A stretch of 64,000 bases of DNA from Candidatus Altiarchaeales archaeon (GCA_014727915.1 WJMO01000009.1:64001-128000); one strand, 5' to 3'. Numbered from the stretch's first letter, positions 10,805-20,496 are shown. Notes: generated by a model not told the origin, from the letters alone. Numbers and translations: made by a program.

Positions 10805-11202
10805 TCTCCTTTCACCTTCATTACTGCTAGCACTATGAAGTATGTGGCACATGACAGTAGCAGGACGGCGGTGGCTCCGTGCCGTGGCATCATGCCTGGT
10901 ATGTCGTCTATGAACCACCCGACTATGAGGCAGAGGTAGATGGTTATCATCCACGTGTAATACCCTGCCTTGTGGACTATCTTCACGGTCATCTCATCCC
11001 GCAACGGCTCTCCTTTCTTCATGCTGTCCCACATGCCCAACACCACCACCAAACCTATCAACACTATCGTGAACGCAATCCCGATACCGCCCACTTCCAC
11101 CATGTCCAGCGGCCACGCACTAACCGCATACAAGCCCAGGCTGGCGGAAACCGCCGCCACCAAAGCCAAAACCAACACAATCCTCAACCTCACATCCATC
11201 AT
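10801..11202 (-). CDS. DUF2178-like membrane protein
   Basis: 4 TM; DEMTVKIVHKAGYYTW. Confidence 0.75.
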   Translation of the reverse strand: MMDVRLRIVLVLALVAAVSASLGLYAVSAWPLDMVEVGGIGIAFTIVLIGLVVVLGMWDSMKKGEPLRDEMTVKIVHKAGYYTWMITIYLCLIVGWFIDDIPGMMPRHGATAVLLLSCATYFIVLAVMKVKGE

Positions 11203-11216
11203 CTACACCTCACGAA

Positions 11217-11269
11217 TGTTAACTAAATCAAACAATATGTTAGAAATAATTAACATACGGGTTTAAATA
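11217..11269 (-). promoter_or_regulatory. two TGTT-N10-AACA operator palindromes plus TATA box of the DUF2178-XRE operon
   Basis: Sites at 11217-11234 and 11238-11255 (21 bp apart); minus-strand TATTTAAA at 11262-11269. Confidence 0.65.
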
Positions 11270-11378
11270 CTTAACGTTGGTGTCTCTAATACATGTAAAT
11301 GGTCTTTACGGATGTATATTGTACACTAGTGCCAACTTTTTTATATGTGTAGCGCCTATTTCTTCATAGAATAACCAC

Positions 11379-11420
11379 CCCATCCTTAGCTGGCACTATC
11401 ACACGCCAGCTAACGATGGG
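11379..11420 (+). promoter_or_regulatory. stem-loop in probable 5' UTR of the NYN gene
   Basis: CCCATC-C-TTAGCTGGC / GCCAGCTAA-C-GATGGG: 15 bp, one C-C mismatch, 10-nt loop, ends 12 nt before ATG. Confidence 0.6.
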
Positions 11421-11432
11421 TCCAAAAATTAA

Positions 11433-12014
11433 ATGACTAGAGTAATTGTGTTCATTGATGGTAGTAACTTCTATCACACCTGCAAAAACCACCTTGGCAC
11501 CTCAGATATTGAGTTCCGTGCGTTCTGTGATAAACTAGCAGAGAATAACACCATTGTAGAAATTGGGTATTATACTGCTCCAGTTAGTCAACAGACTTTC
11601 CCTGAACGATATCAAACCCAACAAAAATTCTTTTCTAGGATTCGTAAAATACCTCATCTTAAACTCATACTTGGGAAGCTCAGACCACGGAATATAACTT
11701 GTCCTCGGTGTCGTAAGATCATTCCACTATGTCCTGAATGCAAGCGTAAAATTGTATCTCATGTGGAGAAGAAAACAGATGTTAATTTTGCAGTGGATAT
11801 GGTGGCTTTGGCTTTTGAGGATAAATATGACACTGGTATAATAGTCACAGGAGATGGAGATTTCACCAGCGCGGTGAAACTAGCTCAGAAGCTAAATAAG
11901 AAGATAATTATTGCTCATTTTGCCAGGGGCTACTCGTCAGAGCTCAATCAAACTTGCGACAGTGAAATCATCTTAGATGCTGACTACATGGAGGGATGCT
12001 ATCTCGACTACTAA
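11433..12014 (+). CDS. NYN (LabA/DUF88, PIN-like) ribonuclease with Zn-ribbon insert
   Basis: VFIDGSNFY, EKKTDV, VTGDGDF; CPRC..CPEC insert; AT-rich relative to neighbours. Confidence 0.92.
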   Translation: MTRVIVFIDGSNFYHTCKNHLGTSDIEFRAFCDKLAENNTIVEIGYYTAPVSQQTFPERYQTQQKFFSRIRKIPHLKLILGKLRPRNITCPRCRKIIPLCPECKRKIVSHVEKKTDVNFAVDMVALAFEDKYDTGIIVTGDGDFTSAVKLAQKLNKKIIIAHFARGYSSELNQTCDSEIILDADYMEGCYLDY

Positions 12015-12128
12015 AACTAAAATCTACTTGTGAGAATATCAAATATCACTCATAAATTGTTTTTATCTAATAACGGCTATTTTAATTTACTCGTATTTTT
12101 TTCTTAATTATTTTAACTTTTCTTTTGA

Positions 12129-12389
12129 TTATTTGATTAGTTGTATGTTTTTGAGTTCTTGGATGGATTTGCTTATGAGTTCTGTTGTTATGAGGTCTTT
12201 TTTGATGTTGAGTTTGTCGGTCATTTCTTGGCGTATTTCGTCTATGGTTCGTTGGCCGTTGCAGAGGCTCCAGAGGAGTATTGTGGTGTTTTCGGCTGCC
12301 AGGGTCTTGTTGTCCCCTGTTAATAGTGTCTTCCGCCCGTCTTCTTCGACCAGCTTTCCCTGCTTCATTGGCTTGTATTCGTCTTCCAT
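12129..12389 (-). CDS. PqqD-family (RRE-like) protein
   Basis: LWSLCNGQRTIDEI..IQEL winged-helix pattern, 86 aa. Confidence 0.7.
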   Translation of the reverse strand: MEDEYKPMKQGKLVEEDGRKTLLTGDNKTLAAENTTILLWSLCNGQRTIDEIRQEMTDKLNIKKDLITTELISKSIQELKNIQLIK

Positions 12390-12440
12390 CTTTTCTCTCC
12401 CTCCCCCGGGCGCAAGCCATTAAGACCAGACTAATAAAAG

Positions 12441-13892
12441 TTATCCGCCCTTCAACAGGTAGCTGGTCTTCTCGATGATGTTGTCTAACACGGCTTTGGC
12501 GCCGCCGTAGCCGTATATCATCTTCAGATATTGGATGTTCTGGCGGGGGTTCAACGCCACCTTCAGCATGATCCTCTTACGGGCCTTGTGCATGGTCTCC
12601 GCGATCTCAGCCCCGGACAGGTTCGGGTACTCGATCACCGGGTTCTGGCCTGTGAAATCGCTCCAGTCCCCTGCCTTCAACCACCCCTCCCGCTCCGCCT
12701 GCTCGTAGAACTTCGTCCCCGGGTAGGGTATGGCCATGGAGAACTGGGCCGTGTCAGTGCCAAGCGAAAAAGCGAACTTCAATGTCTTCTCCATGGTCTC
12801 ACGGGTCTCGCCCGGCAAGCCGAACATGTACGTCGCATGGGATTCGATGCCAATCCTCTTAAGCAGCTGGACGACCCGCCGTACTTCCGACAGGTTCACG
12901 TGCTTGTTGATGTTATCGAGTATCCTAGGGTCGGCACTCTCCACCCCGAACTTGATGGCGATGCACCCGGCCTCCTTCATCGCCCTCAATGTCTCCTCCG
13001 TCAATTTAGCGTCCGCCATACAAGACCAGTAAACCTTCAAACCCCTCTTCACAATCTCCCCGCAGATGCTGCGGACACGCTCCTGGTCGACGCTGAAGCT
13101 GCTGTCGTCGAAGTAGATCTCCCGGGCCCCGTAGCTCTCCACAAGATACTGCATCTCGTCCACGACGGACTCGGGCGACCGGGCGCGGTAGCTTCGCATC
13201 CCATAGAAAACCCACGGCTCCAGGCAGTAGGTGCACTGGTACGGGCAACCCCTGCTGCTCCACATCTGCGCGTTCGGCGCGTGCTTGCAGAAGGGGTCTA
13301 TGTACTTCTCCATCGGCAGCTCCTCACGCAACGGATAGGGCATCTCGTCCACGTCAGCCAACGGGGCCTTCCCGTTCACCACCGGCTTCCCACCCTCCTT
13401 GAAACCAAGGCTCTTTATCTCTGTGAAGTCTCCATCCACCCCCAACGCGTTCACCAATTCGAGCAGCGGGTACTCGTATTCGTAGGTGATAATGAAATCC
13501 ACATACTCTTCCCTCAGCAGTTCTTCGCCCTTGGCCGTCGCATGCGGCCCGGTCAACACGGTCTTAGAACCCAACTCTTTGGCCTTGGACGTCCACATGA
13601 GGTCGTTCCCTATGGAGGGCGTGGACGTCTCGAACACGGCGACATCCGCGCTCTCATTTTTCATGTATTCGAGGAATTCGACGTCGGTCATCTCCTCCGC
13701 GATGCAGTCCTTTATCAGCACCTCATGCCCTCCTTCCCTGAGGACTGCGGCGGCGTAGGCCAGGAAGAACGGGAATGGATAGTAGGGGAGCTGCTCCTTC
13801 TTGAGCTTCAGATGGGGCCACCTGCTGCCAGCCCTCAAGCCCACCTTCTCGCTATCGCTTATCCACGGGAGATTCGCCAACAGTACCTTCAT
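12441..13892 (-). CDS. B12-binding radical SAM protein (HpnJ-like)
   Basis: RAGSRWP, PFFLAYAAAVL, SRGCPYQCTYC, GVES, PYPGT. Confidence 0.92.
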   Translation of the reverse strand: MKVLLANLPWISDSEKVGLRAGSRWPHLKLKKEQLPYYPFPFFLAYAAAVLREGGHEVLIKDCIAEEMTDVEFLEYMKNESADVAVFETSTPSIGNDLMWTSKAKELGSKTVLTGPHATAKGEELLREEYVDFIITYEYEYPLLELVNALGVDGDFTEIKSLGFKEGGKPVVNGKAPLADVDEMPYPLREELPMEKYIDPFCKHAPNAQMWSSRGCPYQCTYCLEPWVFYGMRSYRARSPESVVDEMQYLVESYGAREIYFDDSSFSVDQERVRSICGEIVKRGLKVYWSCMADAKLTEETLRAMKEAGCIAIKFGVESADPRILDNINKHVNLSEVRRVVQLLKRIGIESHATYMFGLPGETRETMEKTLKFAFSLGTDTAQFSMAIPYPGTKFYEQAEREGWLKAGDWSDFTGQNPVIEYPNLSGAEIAETMHKARKRIMLKVALNPRQNIQYLKMIYGYGGAKAVLDNIIEKTSYLLKGG

Positions 13893-14844
13893 CGTGTACC
13901 CTAACCTTTCGATTCCAAGCTATTAAATATCCTGCGATAACCTGTGGCGTCGTGGACAGCAGCAGGATCATTGCGCTCATCGCCACCAGCGGCTCCCGCT
14001 CGATGCCCATCTGGGTGAACAGGAACAGTATGGTCGCGTCGCGTGTTCCCACTCCCATCACCGACAACGGCAGCACCTCCGCGATGGAGATTATGGGTAT
14101 GAAGAGGATGTAAACCCAGAGTTCCGCGTCCACTCCCACCGCACGCCCGAAGAAGTAGGGGCGGGCGAATATGGTCAGCCATCCCAGGAGGGTCAACGCC
14201 ATCACCGTCCATTTGTCCCCGCTGCCTTTGAAACCTGACACCACCTCATGGAACGCCTTGAACAGTTGCTTGGTGTTGTCCCGGAAACGCTCTGGTATGA
14301 GGAAGTTCTGCAGCGGCCTTAGAATGAGAGTGGACAGGCTCTCGTTCAAGGCGACCGCCAGGGCTGCCACCGTCGCCAAGATAGGCGCTAGCAAGGTCAC
14401 GACACCAACCTCCCCGCCGGTGAACATGAAGGCCACCAGTGCCGTGCAAACCCCCGCGGAGACGAACAGCACGATGAAGTTGATTATCCTGTCCAACACC
14501 CCCACAGCCAGCGCCTTCAACGAGGTCATGCCCGTCTTGTCCCGCAGGTCCGTGACCTTCACCAGGTCCCCTGCCCTCCCGGGTGTGGATGAGCCGAAGG
14601 CTATGCCGATCATGTAGGTCTGCAGCGCGTCCGCCAACCTGTAGCCGTGGGCGTAGATGCTCGCGAAAACCTTCCAGTTCAGGCCGCGGATGACCGTCTC
14701 GACCAAAACGAGCAGGATGGCCAGGAGTATGAACCTCAGGTCCGCACCCGCTATTATGGCAACTGTCTCCCCCAGGTCGATGGTAGCCAAGATGAAGGCG
14801 AACAGCAGCAGACCCACGACCGAGAGGTATTTAAGCATGTGCAT
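13852..14844 (-). CDS. LPG-synthase-TM / UPF0104 flippase-like membrane protein
   Basis: TPGRAGDLVK, LDR, PLSVMGVGTRD; start uncertain. Confidence 0.85.
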   Translation of the reverse strand: MHMLKYLSVVGLLLFAFILATIDLGETVAIIAGADLRFILLAILLVLVETVIRGLNWKVFASIYAHGYRLADALQTYMIGIAFGSSTPGRAGDLVKVTDLRDKTGMTSLKALAVGVLDRIINFIVLFVSAGVCTALVAFMFTGGEVGVVTLLAPILATVAALAVALNESLSTLILRPLQNFLIPERFRDNTKQLFKAFHEVVSGFKGSGDKWTVMALTLLGWLTIFARPYFFGRAVGVDAELWVYILFIPIISIAEVLPLSVMGVGTRDATILFLFTQMGIEREPLVAMSAMILLLSTTPQVIAGYLIAWNRKVRVHDEGTVGESPVDKR

Positions 14845-14876
14845 CTTTCCCAAAACTATTAAGGCTTCCGTTTAAA

Positions 14877-16049
14877 TTAAATCCACGAGACCATGTTCGC
14901 CTGGAACTCTATCATTATCACTGCCAGGAACATGAACAGGGACGAGAAGAAGGCCACGTCCATCCTGTCCAAGGCTCGCCCGTAGTAGATGAACAGGGGC
15001 CAGATGACTCCGAGATACCGTCCTATGCTCCCCCCGGTGCCGAAGACCAGCATGTGGAAGGCCAGGTAGGCGAGGGAGTAGAGCATCAGCTCCCCGTCCA
15101 CGCCCTTCAGGTAGTAGCCGGCGAGGAAGGCGAAGTAGGTGAAAAGCACGGCGACCGCTCCCGTGCCCACCAGACCCCCTAAAACCACATACTTGTATCC
15201 TGCGCACAATGCGGTTATCTCCGTGAGTGCATACCCTGTCAATGCTGGCACCTTTACGTACATCCAGTAGAGTATGGGGGCTGCGTAGACGTTGAGGGAG
15301 ACCAGTCCGCCAGCCAACCTCCTACTACCCCCTCTACGGTTCTTCCAACCATATAGTATCGTGTATATTGGGTAGAGTATCATGCCAGGGAATCGGGTGA
15401 AGGAGGCGAACATCACAGCAACCCCCGCCAAACCCATCCTGCCCCTCTTGTAGCTCATCCAGGAGATCAGCGCGAAAAGCAGGAAGAGGGGTTCGCTGTA
15501 GGCGGTCATCCACACAGTCAGGTTATAGGGGAACAATGCCATCAACAGAGTGGCCTTGAAGGCATCATCGGGTTTCAGCCACTCCAGTGCTATGTTGTAG
15601 AACAGGACTATCACGGCCAGTGATGCCAGGTTGGAAACCGCCAGCGCGGCAGCCTTCACGCTCATCAAGTTAGCGAATGTCCATATGAACGCGGGGTACA
15701 TGAACAGCCAGTTGTAAAGGCATGGGGCCCTCTCCATCTCCCTGTTGTTCGGCTTTAGGTAGGGTGTGTCTTCGCGGCGGAACACGTATCCTTCCCCGGC
15801 GATGTTGACGAACCACCTGCTGTCGAAGGTGTAAGCGAGCTTGTCGACTAATGGTCTGCTGTCGTATTCCATGCCCACGACACGCCAGTTCTCGCTGACG
15901 TACTCGTAGCTTATGCCGAGGAAAGCTCCAACGTCCTCGACGGGTACCGTGGCAAGGACCAACACCAGGAACAGTTTGGCGAGTATGTTAGCGGACAGTA
16001 GTATGGTGAGGTGTTTCCTGGTCGTGTCATCTTTGGGCTTCAAGGTCAT
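14877..16049 (-). CDS. GT-C mannosyltransferase-like (PIG-V-like) membrane protein
   Basis: FDSRWFVNIAGEGY, YSEPLF, TRFPG, GRY. Confidence 0.8.
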   Translation of the reverse strand: MTLKPKDDTTRKHLTILLSANILAKLFLVLVLATVPVEDVGAFLGISYEYVSENWRVVGMEYDSRPLVDKLAYTFDSRWFVNIAGEGYVFRREDTPYLKPNNREMERAPCLYNWLFMYPAFIWTFANLMSVKAAALAVSNLASLAVIVLFYNIALEWLKPDDAFKATLLMALFPYNLTVWMTAYSEPLFLLFALISWMSYKRGRMGLAGVAVMFASFTRFPGMILYPIYTILYGWKNRRGGSRRLAGGLVSLNVYAAPILYWMYVKVPALTGYALTEITALCAGYKYVVLGGLVGTGAVAVLFTYFAFLAGYYLKGVDGELMLYSLAYLAFHMLVFGTGGSIGRYLGVIWPLFIYYGRALDRMDVAFFSSLFMFLAVIMIEFQANMVSWI

Positions 16050-16052
16050 GGT

Positions 16053-16982
16053 CTAGACCCTGGCCCGCCAGTGTTCGAGGGTGTCCTCGAGGGTCTGGTC
16101 TATCCTGATCTTTGGATTGTAACCTGTCCGTTTCACCAGCTTCGAGTTGTCCCCCATTATGATGGGCTCGTCGGTGGGCCTCATCAGCGCGGGGTCCTGC
16201 TCGGTACTCACTTCCCCGCCGCTCATCTCCACCAGCTGGTCCAGGAGGTCCTGTATCTTATGCACCTTCATGGAGCAGAGGTTGTAGACGTCACCGTAGT
16301 CCGCCTTCTCGCAGGCGTGCAAAGCCCTCACCTGGTCTCGCACGTCGGTGATGTCTCGCTTGGCCTCCAGGTTACCGTGGGTGACGGTCTTCCTCTTCCC
16401 AGCCTCGCACTCGGCTACCCGTTTCGCGAAGTCGCTCACCACGTCCTTCACCTTCCCCGGGCCTGTGGTGTTGAATATCCTAGCCCGCACTCCCTTAACC
16501 CCGTTGTTCTTGAAATACTGGTATGTCAGCAGGTCTTGGCCGACCTTGCTCACCCCGTAGGGGTGGAGGGGCTCCAGCCGGTGCGTCTCCTTCACGGGGA
16601 CCTCGTCCTCGGTGACGAAACCGTACTCTGCGGAGGAGCAGGCGACGACGACAACAGGGTCCAGGTTGTGCTTTAGGATCGATTCGAAGAGGTTCGCAGT
16701 GCCGACGGTGTTCGTCTCCAAAGTCAGCTGCGGCTGCTCCCATGAGACTGTAGGGTAGCTCTGGGCTGCCAGGTGGTATACTACGTCTGGCGCGGACTTG
16801 CCCACTGCGTCGTTGACCTCCTCCATCACCCGGACGTCGCATTTCACGAAGTGGTCGGATTCCATGTCCCTGGCGTACTCCTCCTCCTCCACTGAAGCCC
16901 ATACCTCATACCCTTCCTTTCTGAGGAATTCTATCATGTGCCGTCCTATGAACCCTTCGCTGCCGGTTACCAGAGCCCTCAT
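16053..16982 (-). CDS. GDP-sugar dehydratase/reductase (Gmd/Rmd-like SDR)
   Basis: TGSEGFIG, HLAAQS, PYGVSK, GNLEAKRDITDVRD. Confidence 0.85.
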   Translation of the reverse strand: MRALVTGSEGFIGRHMIEFLRKEGYEVWASVEEEEYARDMESDHFVKCDVRVMEEVNDAVGKSAPDVVYHLAAQSYPTVSWEQPQLTLETNTVGTANLFESILKHNLDPVVVVACSSAEYGFVTEDEVPVKETHRLEPLHPYGVSKVGQDLLTYQYFKNNGVKGVRARIFNTTGPGKVKDVVSDFAKRVAECEAGKRKTVTHGNLEAKRDITDVRDQVRALHACEKADYGDVYNLCSMKVHKIQDLLDQLVEMSGGEVSTEQDPALMRPTDEPIIMGDNSKLVKRTGYNPKIRIDQTLEDTLEHWRARV

Positions 16983-17980
16983 TTGAACACCCCCTCATGC
17001 TCCATCGTCCATTCGGCGATCCTCCTGACGCCCTCTTCCACGCTGACCTGGGGCTTCCAGCCCACGGCCTTCTTTATCTTCCGCGTGTCGCTTATGTAAA
17101 CTTTCTGGTCTCCCATCCTCCACTCGCTGTGGTCCACCTCGGACCTCCTGCCTGTGACGTCCTCTATCATGTCCAGCAGCTCGAACAACGATACCGTGTA
17201 GTCGGTCCCCCCGCCCAGGTTGAACGCCTCTCCGTTCACTTTTCTGATGTTCTCCGCTAGGGCTTCGAATGCCCGGTTCTGGTCTGTGATGTACAGCACG
17301 TCCCGGACCTGCTTACCGTCCCCGTAGATGGTTATGGGCTTGCCAGTTACCGCCGCGATGGTGAACCACGCGACCCACCCTTGGTCTTCGTTTCCGAACT
17401 GGCGGGTACCGTAGATGCAGCTCATCCTCGGTTTGGCCACCTTCAAACCGAAGCTGCTGTGGTATGTGTCCAATATGGTCTCCGCCACTATCTTGCTGCC
17501 CCCGTATGGGCAGTTGCTCTCCAGGGGATAGGACTCGTCGATGCCCTCGATCTCGCTGTACCTGTACCTGCTGTCACCCTCCTCGACCGGCAGCTCGAGG
17601 TCTCCGTAGACCTTGTTCGTCGAGCAGAAGACTATCGCAGGGTCGCAGTTGCTCTGCCGCACGGCCTCGCAGAGGTTGAACGTCCCGGTGGCGTTCGTCT
17701 CATAGTCCAGGCGAGGGTTCTCGATGGACGTTGTCACTGCGACCTGCGCCGCACAGTGATATACTATGTCAATGTCGTCCGTCAGGCCTTCGAATGCCTT
17801 TGGGTCTGCGATGTCGGCCTTCTTGAACACCATCTGGGGGTATTCCTCCCCCAAGTATCTGATGTTATGGTCTGTCCTGCTAAGGTCGTCGATGACTGCA
17901 ATGTCATCCCCTTTCTTCAGATGATGTTCTGCAAGATGGCTGCCGATGAACCCGCCGCCTCCTGTCACAAGCACCTTCAT
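16979..17980 (-). CDS. NDP-sugar epimerase (CDP-tyvelose 2-epimerase-like)
   Basis: GGGGFIG, AAQVAVTTS, STNKVYG, RMSCIYG..EDQGWVAWF. Confidence 0.85.
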   Translation of the reverse strand: MKVLVTGGGGFIGSHLAEHHLKKGDDIAVIDDLSRTDHNIRYLGEEYPQMVFKKADIADPKAFEGLTDDIDIVYHCAAQVAVTTSIENPRLDYETNATGTFNLCEAVRQSNCDPAIVFCSTNKVYGDLELPVEEGDSRYRYSEIEGIDESYPLESNCPYGGSKIVAETILDTYHSSFGLKVAKPRMSCIYGTRQFGNEDQGWVAWFTIAAVTGKPITIYGDGKQVRDVLYITDQNRAFEALAENIRKVNGEAFNLGGGTDYTVSLFELLDMIEDVTGRRSEVDHSEWRMGDQKVYISDTRKIKKAVGWKPQVSVEEGVRRIAEWTMEHEGVFK

Positions 17981-17981
17981 C

Positions 17982-18689
17982 CTATGCTCCCCCAACCTTA
18001 AGTCTTAGGTTGAGGTGGTTTAAAATGTTTCGAAGTATCTTGTTAAAAGTGATCTTTGACTTGCCCGCCGCCCGCTCCCTGAAGGTTATCGGTATCTCCT
18101 TCATCCTGAATCCCTTCCTGGCTATCCTCAGCAGCGTCTCCGGGCCGTCGTAGATGTTCCGGTCCGACCTGTAACCTTCTAAGTCCAGGCTCTTCAGCAC
18201 TTCCACCCTGAACATCTTGAAACCTCCCGTGCAGTCCCTCAGCTTCAACCCCAGCAAAGCACGAGCATAGGCGTTGGCAACCCCGCTGATCAGCTTGCGT
18301 ATGGGGCTCCAACCCTCGGCGCCTCCGCCCTCCACGTAACGTGAGCCGACGACCACGTCACAGTCCACTATCTCCTTCAGGAATTCCTTTATGACTTCGG
18401 GGTCGTGGCTGAAGTCAGAGTCCATCTCGACAAGGTAGTCGTAGCCTTTTTCAACCGCCCACTTGAACCCCCTGAGCCCCGCGGTACCCCTCCCCCTTTC
18501 CTTCCGGTGTATTATGTGGACTCTGGGGTCCTCCGATGCCATGCGGTCGACTATCTCTCCGGTCCCGTCGGGGCTGCTGTCGTCGACTACCAGAACCTCA
18601 AGGCTGGGGTCCTGTTCCAACACCGCCTCTATGATGCCCCTTATGTTCTCCCTCTCATTGTAGGTGGGGAGCATGACTATCGTGTTCAT
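17982..18689 (-). CDS. polyprenol-phosphate mannose synthase (DPM1-like GT2)
   Basis: PTYNERENI, VDDSSPDGT, MDSDFSHDP, GSRY. Confidence 0.9.
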   Translation of the reverse strand: MNTIVMLPTYNERENIRGIIEAVLEQDPSLEVLVVDDSSPDGTGEIVDRMASEDPRVHIIHRKERGRGTAGLRGFKWAVEKGYDYLVEMDSDFSHDPEVIKEFLKEIVDCDVVVGSRYVEGGGAEGWSPIRKLISGVANAYARALLGLKLRDCTGGFKMFRVEVLKSLDLEGYRSDRNIYDGPETLLRIARKGFRMKEIPITFRERAAGKSKITFNKILRNILNHLNLRLKVGGA

Positions 18690-18882
18690 ATGGTTTTAGA
18701 ATTTGTCTTATTCGGTTAAATCTGGATAGGAGCAACCCGGTAGGAGGGGGCGTGGGTCAGTTACCCCCTCCTTGGGTGGTCTAATTACGGTTTAACTTTT
18801 GTTTTGGTTCCGGAAAACGATATTTTAATAAAGCCCATATATTTAATTAAGTATTCTGGTTTCCGCCAGGAAAGTATTTATC

Positions 18883-19197
18883 ATGGAATTGGATAGTGGG
18901 GAGGGGGATATCATCGAGTTCCTAGCGTCGAAGAAGTGGATACTGCTCGTGCTGACGGAGCTGCACTTCCACGGGACTCAACGGTTCAACGAGCTGTTGG
19001 AGAACATGCGGATGGTCAGTCCGAAGATACTTTCCAAGCGACTCAAGGAACTTGAGGAGCGTGGCCTGGTTTCGAGGCAGAAGTTCAACGAGATACCTCC
19101 AAGGGTCGAGTACTCGCTCACGGAAAAGGGCGGGGAGCTTGTGAAATCCTTCAAGGACATCGGCAAGTGGGCCATCAAGTGGGAGAGGAACCGGTGA
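18883..19197 (+). CDS. HxlR-family transcriptional regulator
   Basis: KW..RFNEL..SPKILSKRLKELE..EIPPRVEYSLTEKG. Confidence 0.92.
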   Translation: MELDSGEGDIIEFLASKKWILLVLTELHFHGTQRFNELLENMRMVSPKILSKRLKELEERGLVSRQKFNEIPPRVEYSLTEKGGELVKSFKDIGKWAIKWERNR

Positions 19198-19720
19198 TCT
19201 CAAGGGCCTCCTGGAACTGGGGCGTCCAGTCAACCTCTAAAATAGGCTTTCCACCGTGCTCCAACCACTCCTTTATCTCCTCAACGTCCGCGCCGCTGGT
19301 GTTGTCCACCTCCAACACGTTCTCGCACAGTCCAAGGCTCTCGTATAGTATAACGCCGGTGTATTCCGCCTCCAGGTTCTCCACTATCTTTTCTCTGCTG
19401 TAGCCGCGTTCGACCATCCTCTGGTATAGGGTTAATGGGTTGCATCTCAGCACGAGTACGTGTGTGACGTCCAGGTGATGGCTCAGCAGCCCGTCCAATA
19501 TCATGTCTCCGTTGGTGTTCTCTGACAAATGCTTTCTTAGAAGTTCGACGTCCACGGTCTTCGTGTCCCGCATTTCATCGTAGCTCTCGCAGAGCCCCCG
19601 CTCTTCGACCTCCCTGGTGAGGTCCAAAACCTTCATCCTAAGTCGTTCGCCCAGCTCCCGGGACAGGGTCGTTTTCCCTGTGCAGGGGACTCCTGTGACG
19701 GCTAGCACGGTACGCTCCAT
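19175..19720 (-). CDS. archaeal adenylate kinase (AK6/Fap7 type)
   Basis: TGVPCTGKTT, LSHH, VLRCNP..RGYSREKIVENLEAE. Confidence 0.88.
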   Translation of the reverse strand: MERTVLAVTGVPCTGKTTLSRELGERLRMKVLDLTREVEERGLCESYDEMRDTKTVDVELLRKHLSENTNGDMILDGLLSHHLDVTHVLVLRCNPLTLYQRMVERGYSREKIVENLEAEYTGVILYESLGLCENVLEVDNTSGADVEEIKEWLEHGGKPILEVDWTPQFQEALEITGSSPT

Positions 19721-19779
19721 ATTCGTTTTTTAACCATTGAATTGAATAATTTACTATATCTATTATCCGGAGGAATTAT

Positions 19780-20124
19780 ATGAAAATTAAGAGCTTGATT
19801 GCGGCTTACGTCCTGTTTGCTATTATACTCTTCTCCACCTACGTTACTGCGCCAAGTCCTGCAGGCACCAACTACATGAAGGACGTCGTCTGCAGCATAC
19901 TATCGAACATACAGTTCGTATTGGATTCCATAGGCCCCGGCTTCGTGATAGTCATGTTCACCTACGGGGGCATAAAGTACGTCTTCTCCGCGGACGACCC
20001 CCAGGGCAGGAAGTCGGCCAAGAACACGTGCATACACTCGCTCATCGGCGGAATCATCCTGATAGTCGCGCATCACGTCGTCGGCCTATTGGGCATGACG
20101 AACAACTGCACTGGAACACCATGA
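19780..20124 (+). CDS. TrbC/VirB2-like pilin paralogue 1
   Basis: Signal peptide, two hydrophobic helices around FTYGGIKYVFSADDPQGRKSAK. Confidence 0.75.
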   Translation: MKIKSLIAAYVLFAIILFSTYVTAPSPAGTNYMKDVVCSILSNIQFVLDSIGPGFVIVMFTYGGIKYVFSADDPQGRKSAKNTCIHSLIGGIILIVAHHVVGLLGMTNNCTGTP

Positions 20125-20495
20125 AGTCGCATGAGGTATTGAAGTTGGATGGGAGGATGAGAAGGCATTTGCTGGTTGTCCTGACTTTGTCATATCTCTC
20201 TACCACGGCTTTGGCGGTCACGAACTTCATAAAGGCTGTGCCCTGCAGCATCCTGAATATGATACTCGGAACCTTGAATGCTGTTGTTCCCGCTCTTGTG
20301 ATAATATTCTTCCTATACGGGGGCGTGAAGTACATTTTCTCCGCGGACGACCCGAAGGGCAGGGGCCAGGCCAAGTCCATACTCATCAACGCCTTGATAG
20401 GTGGCATCATATACATGGTATGGACTGCGATCAACACTATGCTTTCAACGGTCTCTGGCGGATCAGGGCCTACTGGTATGTGGGGTGTCTGCTAA
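20121..20495 (+). CDS. TrbC/VirB2-like pilin paralogue 2
   Basis: ATGA overlap with paralogue 1 (alternative ATG 20157); FLYGGVKYIFSADDPKGRGQAK. Confidence 0.75.
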   Translation: MKSHEVLKLDGRMRRHLLVVLTLSYLSTTALAVTNFIKAVPCSILNMILGTLNAVVPALVIIFFLYGGVKYIFSADDPKGRGQAKSILINALIGGIIYMVWTAINTMLSTVSGGSGPTGMWGVC

Positions 20496-20496
20496 A

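Noticed and set aside
12531-13904. 457-aa + strand ORF
   Set aside because: Antisense shadow of the B12 radical SAM; no independent domain signal
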